From positions 22,959 to 86,958 of the forward strand of contig CAZZDQ010000005.1 in assembly GCA_964652845.1 (NCBI GenBank): DNA of 64,000 bases, written 5' to 3'. Position numbers and translations under genes: made by a program. The notes beneath the pieces were generated by a model. That model saw only the letters and a list, made by a program, of their open reading frames with translations, made no database searches and had not been told where the DNA came from. Within the stretch, counting starts at the first letter, position 1; every line of letters begins with the position of its first letter. This stretch comes from an uncultured Chitinophaga sp. Its GTDB lineage: Bacteria > Bacteroidota > Bacteroidia > Chitinophagales > Chitinophagaceae. Of the stretch, positions 50,301-57,886 are shown in pieces.

Positions 50301-50736
50301 TGCACAATTGGTGAACGCGGGCATTGCCGCCGTAAAATCAGTAGAACCTTCCACCGTCATAATGCTGCATATTGCCCTGGGCGGACAAAACGATGAATCC
50401 GTTTTCTTTATTGACAATATGCTGGCCCGGAGTGTACCTTTTGATGTAATCGGCCTTTCTTACTATCCCAAATGGCACGGCACGCTGGATGACCTGCGGA
50501 ATAATATGCGTGATCTGGTAAGACGTTATGACAAGGACATCATCGTGGTGGAATATTCGGCGAAGAAAGAAGAAGTGAACAAGCTGAATTTTGAATTGCC
50601 CGATGGGAAAGGAAAGGGCACCTGTATCTGGGAGCCATTAAGCACATGGGAAAAATTCTTTGATAATGACGGGAAGAGCAACCAGTACCTGAAAATGTAT
50701 GACGGGATCAGCAAACAATATTTGGATAACCGGTAA
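47326..50736 (+). CDS. GH2 beta-galactosidase fused to a C-terminal GH53 galactanase domain
   Basis: GH2: GAGIYRHV, NHQDH, RTSHNP, WSIGNEE, GTEMGS, GFDYRGEP. GH53: GADIS, DFHYSDYWADPG, QIGNE, VVEYS. Confidence 0.92.
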   Translation: MRTYSLLYIILCLFLFCNLSLCAQKRTNLDENWKFHFGHAANPDKDFNYSLATIFAKSGGAARTAIDPRFNDSTWRTVSLPHDWAVELPFVEHPGFEVESHGYKPVGGYFPETSIGWYRKKFRVDPADSGQRFQLQFDGIFRNAMIWVNGFFAGNNMSGYIGASYDVTDFISFSRDNVIVVRVDATQYEGWFYEGAGIYRHVWLNQYNNIHIPDGGLFVYAEVSGNAATLNIETTVENQNNDIVNTSVYSYITARNGQIIAQSKEQPLTLAPDGRLSVNQKLQVLSPHFWNLDDPYLYRVVSVVKTGNKVVFTKKERFGIRSFRFDANDGFFLNGKYMKIQGTCNHQDHAGLGSALPDYIQYYRVRLLKNMGVNACRTSHNPPAPEFLEACDSLGMLVLDEQRLLNSSPEYMNQFERMILRDRNHPSIFMWSIGNEEGWIHTNSFGKRIAQTFIAKQKELDPSRTCTYAADVANVFNGVNEVIPVRSFNYRQFGVADYHRDHPAQPLMGTEMGSTVTTRGQYAKDSVRGYLPDHDITAPWWASTAETWWKLAAENKYWMGGFVWTGFDYRGEPTPFHWPNINSHFGIMDMCGFPKNNYYYYQSWWTNEDVLNISPHWNWPVNWGEAPPIIDVWVNSNADSVQLLLNNKSLGTKIMPGNGHLQWDVKYAPGKLEAIGYKSRKSLHAQVETTGAPAEIVLTPYKTTMLADGKDVTVMNMSIIDREGREVPDANNMIRFTISGPGRIIGVGNGDPSSHEPDKCMDGAWQRSAFNGKCQVIVQSENKPGIIKFQATSPGLWSGGTDIITVSPGSAASVTIDKKYQLSGEAAKPHEATKMIGADISFLPQLEDRGMKFSDTGTETDAIRIMKAHGFNYVRLRIFNDPARDSGYAPGKGFCDLAHTKQMAKRVKDAGMKLLLDFHYSDYWADPGKQFKPAAWRNLDFEQLKQALYDYTKNVISALKQQGTAPDMVQIGNEINHGMVWPEGSIAHIDSLAQLVNAGIAAVKSVEPSTVIMLHIALGGQNDESVFFIDNMLARSVPFDVIGLSYYPKWHGTLDDLRNNMRDLVRRYDKDIIVVEYSAKKEEVNKLNFELPDGKGKGTCIWEPLSTWEKFFDNDGKSNQYLKMYDGISKQYLDNR

Positions 50737-50785
50737 AGCATACCAGTTTTTCTGCAGCGAGTAAATCCTTATCCGGGAATAAGTC

Positions 50786-51937
50786 ATGACGGGAAAAAAT
50801 GTTAAAGAGATTTTTCAGCAGAAGTTTTCTTCCGCGCCCCTTCTTGTCCGTTCTCCCGGCAGGGTGAACATTATCGGGGAGCACACCGATTATAATGAAG
50901 GGTTTGTGTTGCCTGCAGCAATTGACAAAGCGGTGTATGTGGCTGCCGGCAAAAGAGATGATGATGAGATCCGTCTTCATTCGGTAAATTTTAGGGAAGA
51001 TCATCATGTTTTGCTGCAAGCGATACGGCCTACCCGGAACTGGGCAACCTACATTCTTGGCATAGTAAGCCAATTACAACGACATGGATATAATATTCAC
51101 GGGTTTAACCTTGCGATTGACGGGGATATTCCCATTGGAGCCGGGCTATCATCCTCGGCTGCGGTTGAATGTGCAGTGATCCATGCCCTGGATAAATTAT
51201 TTGAACTCGGCATTGATCCCATGGACAAGGTAAGGATGGGACAAAAGGCCGAGCATGAATATGCAGGGGTTTTATGCGGTATCATGGACCAATTCACCTG
51301 CATGTTCGGGAAAAAAGAGCAGGTCATTAAACTGGATTGCCGCTCCTTGCACTACGAATATCATCCGTTGCAGCTCAATCAATACAGCCTGGTATTATTC
51401 AATACGAATGTAAAACACTCCCTTGCTTCGGGCGAATACAATACACGGCGCCGGCAATGTGAACAGGGGGTTGCGCTTTTAAAGAAACATCATCCGCCGG
51501 TGAAAAGCCTGCGAGACGCAACGATTGAAATGCTGGATAAATATGTTTTACCCCGGGATAAACTGGTCTACCGGCGATGCAAATACATAATGGAGGAAAA
51601 CCAGCGGCTCCTGGCTGCCTGGTATGACCTGCAGCATGGGGATATCCCTGCTCTCGGAGAAAAAATGTTTGCCACGCATGAAGGATTGCGTCATGATTAT
51701 GAAGTCAGCTGCCCCGAACTGGATTACCTGGTGGATGCCCTGAAGAATGACCCTGCCGTAGCGGGTGCACGGATGATGGGCGGAGGTTTTGGCGGCTGCA
51801 CGATAAATATCATTGAAAAGAACAGGGTGGGGGAAATCATTGAAAGGGTCAGCGCTGCGTATAAAAAAGAAATGCAGCTGGAACTGACACCTTATGAGGT
51901 TAATATCTCGGATGGTACATCCTTAATAAATGTATGA
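50786..51937 (+). CDS. galK: Galactokinase
   Basis: PGRVNIIGEHTDYN, GAGLSSSAA, CGIMDQ and GARMMGGGFGG motifs. Confidence 0.96.
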   Translation: MTGKNVKEIFQQKFSSAPLLVRSPGRVNIIGEHTDYNEGFVLPAAIDKAVYVAAGKRDDDEIRLHSVNFREDHHVLLQAIRPTRNWATYILGIVSQLQRHGYNIHGFNLAIDGDIPIGAGLSSSAAVECAVIHALDKLFELGIDPMDKVRMGQKAEHEYAGVLCGIMDQFTCMFGKKEQVIKLDCRSLHYEYHPLQLNQYSLVLFNTNVKHSLASGEYNTRRRQCEQGVALLKKHHPPVKSLRDATIEMLDKYVLPRDKLVYRRCKYIMEENQRLLAAWYDLQHGDIPALGEKMFATHEGLRHDYEVSCPELDYLVDALKNDPAVAGARMMGGGFGGCTINIIEKNRVGEIIERVSAAYKKEMQLELTPYEVNISDGTSLINV

Positions 51938-51997
51938 TGTCCGATTACTGTTCTTTTGGTAATATTGTCCTGCGAAGGATACCCTAAATCAGAAATT

Positions 51998-53668
51998 ATG
52001 CATAGCCGGTTATTGCCCGGGGATTTTATTGTCTTCATCATTTATTTTTTCGTGGTGGCCAGTTATGGCTACTGGATCTACCGCAAAAGAAAAAGTCGTG
52101 AGCACGATTCCAAGGCCTTCTTCCTTGCTGAAGGCTCGCTGACCTGGTGGGCCATCGGCGCTTCCCTGATCGCATCCAATATTTCTGCCGAACAATTTAT
52201 CGGCATGAGTGGCAACGGTTATTTTGTGGGGATCGCAGTAGCGGCTTATGAATGGATCGCAGCTGTGGCCCTGATCATCATTGCCATCTGGTTCATGCCG
52301 GTTTATTTGAAGAATAAGATCTATACCATGCCGCAGTTCCTGAAAACCCGGTATAATGAAACGGTATCGGTCATCATGGCTGTATTCTGGCTCTTTCTTT
52401 ATGTTTTTGTCAACCTCACTTCCATATTGTATTTGGGGTCGGTTGCCATCAGCGGCCTGGTGGGCGCGCAGTATATTCATCTTATCATGATCGCACTGGC
52501 GGCATTTGCCATTGTCATCACATTGGGAGGCATGAAAGTGATCGGCTATACAGATGTGATCCAGGTACTCGTGCTGATCATTGGCGGAATTGTCACCGTT
52601 GTCATAGCGCTGGATAAGGTTAGTGGCGGACACGGACCACTGAATGGATTGACGACGGTTATGAAAGAAGCCCCCGATCATTTCCATATGATACTTGCCA
52701 AGCCCGATTCCTCATCCCCCCAGGATTATATCAATAAATACCTGATCCTTCCCGGCATACTCATGTATGCCGCGGGACAATGGATCGCCAACCTGAATTA
52801 CTGGGGATGTAACCAGTATATCACACAGCGCGCACTGGGAGCCAATTTGCCAACCGCGAGAAAAGGACTCGTATTCGCTGCTTTTCTTAAACTGTTGATG
52901 CCGGTGATCGTGATGTTACCGGGTATCGCGGCATTTGTATTACAAAAACACGGTACCATACCCGCTCTCGCAACCCAGGATGGGGCGTATTCATCTGTAC
53001 TTGGATTCTTGCCGGCAGGAATAAGAGGGCTGTCTGTCGCTGCGCTCACCGCTGCGATCGTAGCATCATTAGCCGGAAAGGCCAACAGTATTTCGACCAT
53101 CTTTACCCTTGATATCTATAAAAAATACATCAACAAAGGGGCGGAAGAGAAAAAGATGGTTATCACGGGCAGGGTAGCCGTGCTTTGTGCAATGATCCTT
53201 GCCATCCTCTTTACCTGGAATGACCTGCTGGGGATCGGCGGCGCTGGCGGATTTACATTCATCCAGAAATATACCGGTTTCATCAGCCCGGGGGTATTTG
53301 CCATGTTCTTGCTGGGCCTGTTTTGGAAACGCACCACCGGCACGGCTGCCATTGCAGGACTCCTTACAGGGTTTGTATTATGCGTTTTCTTCAATGAATT
53401 TGCGCCGCAGGTATTCGGGAATGATACTTTCTTTTACACAGCCTACCCGAACGGTAAAGGTGGTTATGAGATTCCCTTCCTGATCGCTATGGGATTATCA
53501 TTCATGTTTGCGGTGATTGTAATGGTGATCCTTAGCCTGGCGGGGCCCAGGATAAACCCCAAAGCATTTGCCCTGGATAAAGAAATGTTCAGGATCAAAC
53601 CTTCCCTGCTGGTCCAGATCGTTATCGTATTGTTGATACTGACGGCTCTCTATGTGAAGTTCTGGTAA
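51998..53668 (+). CDS. Sodium:solute (galactose-type) symporter
   Basis: ASNISAEQFIGMSG, YWGCNQYITQRALG and ASLAGKANS motifs. Confidence 0.93.
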   Translation: MHSRLLPGDFIVFIIYFFVVASYGYWIYRKRKSREHDSKAFFLAEGSLTWWAIGASLIASNISAEQFIGMSGNGYFVGIAVAAYEWIAAVALIIIAIWFMPVYLKNKIYTMPQFLKTRYNETVSVIMAVFWLFLYVFVNLTSILYLGSVAISGLVGAQYIHLIMIALAAFAIVITLGGMKVIGYTDVIQVLVLIIGGIVTVVIALDKVSGGHGPLNGLTTVMKEAPDHFHMILAKPDSSSPQDYINKYLILPGILMYAAGQWIANLNYWGCNQYITQRALGANLPTARKGLVFAAFLKLLMPVIVMLPGIAAFVLQKHGTIPALATQDGAYSSVLGFLPAGIRGLSVAALTAAIVASLAGKANSISTIFTLDIYKKYINKGAEEKKMVITGRVAVLCAMILAILFTWNDLLGIGGAGGFTFIQKYTGFISPGVFAMFLLGLFWKRTTGTAAIAGLLTGFVLCVFFNEFAPQVFGNDTFFYTAYPNGKGGYEIPFLIAMGLSFMFAVIVMVILSLAGPRINPKAFALDKEMFRIKPSLLVQIVIVLLILTALYVKFW

Positions 53669-53682
53669 GAATCCTAACAAAT

Positions 53683-53719
53683 TAAAAGCCCTTATAAATT
53701 CTTTTTATAAGGGCTTTTA
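53683..53719. terminator. Bidirectional terminator
   Basis: Perfect stem aaaagcccttataaa/tttataagggctttt between the symporter and the convergent tRNA-like gene. Confidence 0.85.
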
Positions 53720-53734
53720 TCATTCAGGAAGTTG

Positions 53735-53919
53735 CTGTAGGGGGAGGAGTCGAACCTCCACGGAGCAGTTAGCCAAAAAGCAAAGATCAGTGGTCAACCC
53801 TGGTCGGCATTGACTCCCGATCGGAATCGGGATAACGTCGGCTCTACTTTTCGTTTATCCTGTGCTCTCCACCCCCGAGACAAGGGGGCATGTCTGCCAA
53901 AAAGTTTCATCACCCCACA
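53735..53919 (-). tRNA. Expanded tRNA-Asp(GUC)-like RNA with a 112-nt variable region
   Basis: Acceptor TGTGGGG/CCCTACA with G73; D-stem ATG/CAT; anticodon stem CCCCC/GGGGG with loop TTGTCTC; T-arm GGAGG-TTCGACT-CCTCC; no encoded CCA. Confidence 0.8.
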
Positions 53920-54060
53920 GTATTGATCGGATCAGCGTATCAGCGATCCTTAAAAGAACTTACAGCGTTACGATGGAATAAAATTAAGAGTTCTGACAAT
54001 ATTATTAGTCATTATTCAAATTAAATTTATAAAATATATTTATTGTTTAAAATATATCAT

Positions 54061-54068
54061 TATATTTG
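54061..54068 (+). promoter_or_regulatory. -7 promoter box TATATTTG of asnC
   Basis: TAnnTTTG in the AT-rich region upstream of 54095. Confidence 0.55.
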
Positions 54069-54094
54069 AATATTATTTAAAAACCATACTATAA

Positions 54095-54559
54095 ATGGCA
54101 TATGATTTAAATATTGACAAACTGGACCTGCAGATCATTCATCATATGATGGAGAATGCCGGGATCTCTTATGCAGAGTTGGGAAAGAAACTATTTGTTT
54201 CTGCCGGAACCATTCACGTACGGATAAAAAAACTGGAGCAGGCGGGCATTGTAAAAGGGACCAAATTAAAAGTGGATGTAAAAAAGCTGGGGCATGATGT
54301 GGTGGCCTTTATCGGCATCTACCTGAAAGAAAGCTCCCTCTATGACAGTGTAGCGAAAGAACTTCAAAAATTGCCTGAGATCGTCCGGTTGAATTATACC
54401 ACCGGCAATTACAGCATGTTCGCGGAGACAGTATGCCGGGATATTTCTGCCTTGAAAAATGTGCTGCACGACCAATTGCAGAAGATCAAAGGCATTGAGC
54501 GCACCGAGACCTTTATTTCCCTGGAAGAGAACTTCAACCGGAATGTGAAGGTCCTATAG
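54095..54559 (+). CDS. asnC: Lrp/AsnC-family transcriptional regulator
   Basis: N-terminal HTH (ISYAELGKKL...VSAGTIHVRIKKL), YTTGNYS, TETFIS. Confidence 0.92.
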   Translation: MAYDLNIDKLDLQIIHHMMENAGISYAELGKKLFVSAGTIHVRIKKLEQAGIVKGTKLKVDVKKLGHDVVAFIGIYLKESSLYDSVAKELQKLPEIVRLNYTTGNYSMFAETVCRDISALKNVLHDQLQKIKGIERTETFISLEENFNRNVKVL

Positions 54560-55639
54560 TTTACCTCTTACAGTCAGGGCATCCCTTAACCCGTTGCCGA
54601 GTAAATTGAATGCGAGGACAAGCAGCATGATGGCAAACCCGGGGGCCAGGGCCAGCATGGGATTCTGGGTGATGATGAAATTATAATTTTCACGGATCAT
54701 CAGCCCCCAGCTGGGAGTAGGAGGCTGCACACCAATACCCAGGAAACTAAGGCCCGCTTCAATGATTATGGCCGAGGCAAAATTGGAAGCCGCAATCACA
54801 ACCACCGGTCCCAGGATATTCGGAATGATATGACGGGTGATTACCCGCAGGGAAGAATAACCCAGTAAACGGGCCGCTTCTGCATATTCCTTTTCTTTTT
54901 CCACGAGTACCTGCCCTCTCACAAGCCGGGCCACATTCACCCACATTGTCAAACCAATTGCGATAAAGACCTGCCAAAACCCTTTTCCCAGGGCCAGCGT
55001 AATGGCAAAGACCAGCAATACAGTGGGGATACTCCAGATGATATTGATGAACCACATGATGATATGATCTGTATTTCCACCGAAATAACCGGCCAGGGAA
55101 CCCAGTACCAGGCCAATGGTCAAAGAGATCACTACCGCTACTAGGCCCACGCCTAAACTGACACGGGTACCCAGGATCAGCCGGCTCAGGATATCCCGGC
55201 CGAATTTGTCTGTGCCCAGCAGGAATTTTTTTGTCACCAGGGGCCGGGGAGACAACTGATGAAATGCATAAGCCCTCCTTTCGGACACTCCCTCATCAAT
55301 GAATTTTTGTACGATCATACTGTCAGGACTGCGGACAACGCTTACGACGGGGATAAAATCATATTCATCTTCCCTTCCCTGCAGGAGCCTTTTGACAAAA
55401 GTTGGGGAGATGACCGGCCTGTCTTTTTTCACGAGCAGGAACATTTGCTCCGAGCCGGGCTTTCGGCCCCCGATCTCCACGATCTGCCGGTTGACATCCG
55501 GAGACGGATCAGGAGCAATGATATAAGCGAAGAGGGCAATGATGATGGATAGCATGATCACAATAATGCCAAATATTCCTCCTTTATTTTTCTTCAAACG
55601 GCGCCAGGTTGCTTTACGGTAAGATCTCCTTTCGCTCAT
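54554..55639 (-). CDS. Peptide ABC transporter permease (DppC/OppC-like)
   Basis: LGTDKFGRDILSRL, EAARLLG and EAGLSFLGIG motifs. Confidence 0.92.
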   Translation of the reverse strand: MSERRSYRKATWRRLKKNKGGIFGIIVIMLSIIIALFAYIIAPDPSPDVNRQIVEIGGRKPGSEQMFLLVKKDRPVISPTFVKRLLQGREDEYDFIPVVSVVRSPDSMIVQKFIDEGVSERRAYAFHQLSPRPLVTKKFLLGTDKFGRDILSRLILGTRVSLGVGLVAVVISLTIGLVLGSLAGYFGGNTDHIIMWFINIIWSIPTVLLVFAITLALGKGFWQVFIAIGLTMWVNVARLVRGQVLVEKEKEYAEAARLLGYSSLRVITRHIIPNILGPVVVIAASNFASAIIIEAGLSFLGIGVQPPTPSWGLMIRENYNFIITQNPMLALAPGFAIMLLVLAFNLLGNGLRDALTVRGKL

Positions 55640-55696
55640 GCAGGAAAGTTAACGGGAAATAAAATCTTCCCTTTAAAAATTTTGACTGCATAAAAT

Positions 55697-55704
55697 TATC
55701 TTTG
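55697..55704 (+). promoter_or_regulatory. -7 promoter box TATCTTTG of suhB
   Basis: TAnnTTTG ending 3 nt before the ATG at 55708. Confidence 0.55.
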
Positions 55705-55707
55705 CCC

Positions 55708-56487
55708 ATGCTACAAAATGTGCTGACCGATGCTGTGAAAGCAGGTGCTGCTGAAATACTTCGTTTTTTCAACCAGGAATTTACCATCAGCAGGAAAGAA
55801 GGGGTGAATAACCTTGTCACCGAAGCCGACCATGCATCCGAAAAAGCGATCATCAGTGTGATCAAGAAAAAGTACCCTGATCACCGGATCCTTGGAGAGG
55901 AGTCCGGAGAAACCAATACCGGCTCAACCTATAAATGGATCATTGACCCCATTGATGGCACGATCAATTTTGCCCACGGCATTCCCCTCAACTGTGTTTC
56001 CCTTGCGGTGGAAAAAGAAGGGGAAATCATCATGGCGGCTGTATTCAACCCTCATCTCCATGAATTATTCTTTGCAGAAAAAGGTAAGGGTGCAACCCTT
56101 AACGGGCAACCGATACAGGTCAGTTCCCAGTCAGAAACTATCCACGCCTGCCTGGTAACAGGATTTCCCTACAGCTACATCAATATGCCCAACGGTCCGC
56201 TGGAGATCTTTGAAAGATTTATCCGAAAAGGAGTACCGGTAAGAAGACTGGGATCCGCGGCCATTGACCTCTGCTGGGTGGCCTGCGGACGCTTTGACGG
56301 ATTTTATGAGCATAAACTGGAAGCCTGGGACAGTGCGGCGGGATACCTTATCGTGGAAGAAGCCGGCGGTAAGGTGACGGATTTCGAAGGGAAAAAATTT
56401 TCACCCTACCAGCATCGCGTATTGGCCACGAATGGTAAAATACATGATGAAATGCTGGATCTGATCAATAATCGTAAACAATTGTAA
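55708..56487 (+). CDS. suhB: Inositol monophosphatase family protein
   Basis: VTEAD, ILGEE, WIIDPIDGT and WDSAAG motifs. Confidence 0.93.
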   Translation: MLQNVLTDAVKAGAAEILRFFNQEFTISRKEGVNNLVTEADHASEKAIISVIKKKYPDHRILGEESGETNTGSTYKWIIDPIDGTINFAHGIPLNCVSLAVEKEGEIIMAAVFNPHLHELFFAEKGKGATLNGQPIQVSSQSETIHACLVTGFPYSYINMPNGPLEIFERFIRKGVPVRRLGSAAIDLCWVACGRFDGFYEHKLEAWDSAAGYLIVEEAGGKVTDFEGKKFSPYQHRVLATNGKIHDEMLDLINNRKQL

Positions 56488-56521
56488 CTAATTTACAATT
56501 GGGAATTATGATTTACGATTT
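56488..56521. repeat. Heptamer array, left flank of the four-helix-bundle gene
   Basis: tacaatt gggaatt atgattt acgattt. Confidence 0.7.
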
Positions 56522-56527
56522 GGTAGT

Positions 56528-56819
56528 ATGAATAAACATGAATTACAGAGACCAATTAAATCGTTCTGCTTCTTCTGCGGCGGCCAATTATAGTGCCTCG
56601 CTAAGAGCCAAATCAACTGCAGACTTTATAAATAAATTTAAAATAGTTGAGGAAGAATTAGATGAATCACTTTTATTCTTTGATTTGACAAAAGCAGCAA
56701 ATCCGGCATGCGGGCGTGAAATAGATGAATTGGCAAAACAAGGAAACGAACTGCTTTCAATAATCGTCAGTTCATTGAAAACGCTCAGAGTCAAACAAGC
56801 ACTAAATCGTAAATCTTAA
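56528..56819 (+). pseudogene. Four-helix-bundle (23S rRNA IVS-like) protein with internal deletion and frameshift
   Basis: MNKHELQR at 56528 is out of frame with QLNRSASSAAANY...RAKSTADFINKFKIVEEELDES...NELLSI. The intervening helix expected in this family is missing. Confidence 0.7.
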
Positions 56820-56838
56820 ATTGTAATTCGTAAATCAA
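56804..56838. repeat. Heptamer array, right flank (inverted relative to the left flank)
   Basis: aaatcgt aaatctt aaattgt aattcgt aaatcaa. Confidence 0.8.
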
Positions 56839-56839
56839 A

Positions 56840-57871
56840 ATGAGTTCTCGTACTGAAATATCGTCTCTTGGGGAATTTGGATTAATAGGACATTTGACCA
56901 AAAACATAGAATTGCAGAACGCATCAAGCATTGTGGGAGTGGGCGATGATGCGGCAGTGATCGATCATTTCGGGAAACAAACCGTCGTGACCACCGACCT
57001 GCTGATCGAAGGCATCCATTTTGACCTGGCCTATACACCGCTGAAACATCTTGGTTATAAAAGCGTAGTGCTCAACCTGAGCGATATCTATGCCATGAAT
57101 GCGATACCCACGCAGATTACCGTGGCCATCGGTATCAGTAACCGGTTCAGCGTGGAAGCGCTGGATGAATTCTATGAAGGCATTTATGCTGCATGCCGGG
57201 CCTATGGCGTTGACCTCGTGGGAGGCGATACCAATTCCTCTCAGAAAGGATTTATCATTGCGATCACGGCCGTGGGAGAAATTACGCCGGATAAATTCGT
57301 AAAAAGAAACGGTGCCAAAAAAAATGACCTTATCTGCGTCAGCGGCAACCTGGGAGCGGCGTATCTTGGACTGTTATTCCTGGAAAGGGAAAAAAAGATC
57401 TTTTTGGAAAGCCCCAACGTTCAACCGGACCTGGAAAATGAATCCTATGTGATCGGGCGGTTGTTAAAACCTGAAGCGAGAAAGGATATTGTGGAATTCT
57501 TTGCTGCACATCAGTTATTACCCACAGCCATGATCGATATCAGCGACGGGCTGAGCAGTGATCTCCTGCATATCTGCACACAAAGCGGGGCGGGTTGTGT
57601 GATCTATGAGGACAGGATCCCCATTGCGGAAGAAACCAGGAACGCAGCCTTCAAATTCAAAATGGATCCCACGGCATGTGCATTGAGCGGGGGGGAAGAT
57701 TACGAGTTATTATTTACCGTTTCGCAAAAGGATGCAGAGAAAATCAGCGCCAACAGCGATATCAGTATGATCGGTTATATCGCGGCGCCTGAAGCAGGAA
57801 CAAAAATTATTACAAAAGGCGGAAATACATATGATATCACGGCCCAGGGATGGCAACATCTCAGGCCGTAA
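56840..57871 (+). CDS. thiL: Thiamine-phosphate kinase
   Basis: GEFGLI, GDDAAV, NLSDI, GGDT, MIDISDGL and GGEDYEL motifs. Confidence 0.95.
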   Translation: MSSRTEISSLGEFGLIGHLTKNIELQNASSIVGVGDDAAVIDHFGKQTVVTTDLLIEGIHFDLAYTPLKHLGYKSVVLNLSDIYAMNAIPTQITVAIGISNRFSVEALDEFYEGIYAACRAYGVDLVGGDTNSSQKGFIIAITAVGEITPDKFVKRNGAKKNDLICVSGNLGAAYLGLLFLEREKKIFLESPNVQPDLENESYVIGRLLKPEARKDIVEFFAAHQLLPTAMIDISDGLSSDLLHICTQSGAGCVIYEDRIPIAEETRNAAFKFKMDPTACALSGGEDYELLFTVSQKDAEKISANSDISMIGYIAAPEAGTKIITKGGNTYDITAQGWQHLRP

Positions 57872-57886
57872 CGGGTCGTCCAACCT

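Noticed and set aside
53760-53871. Group I or bulge-helix-bulge intron in the tRNA
   Set aside because: The insert lies in the variable arm rather than the anticodon loop, is short for a group I intron, and I see no recognisable P/Q/R/S core.
53735-53920. tRNA-Sec (selC), suggested by a possible 8/5 fold, a long variable arm and nearby selD
   Set aside because: The anticodon is GUC, not UCA; Asp identity elements are present; there is no selA or selB in the window.
56600-56840. TPP riboswitch upstream of thiL
   Set aside because: The region is occupied by the four-helix-bundle remnant and repeats, and no TPP aptamer core motif was seen.
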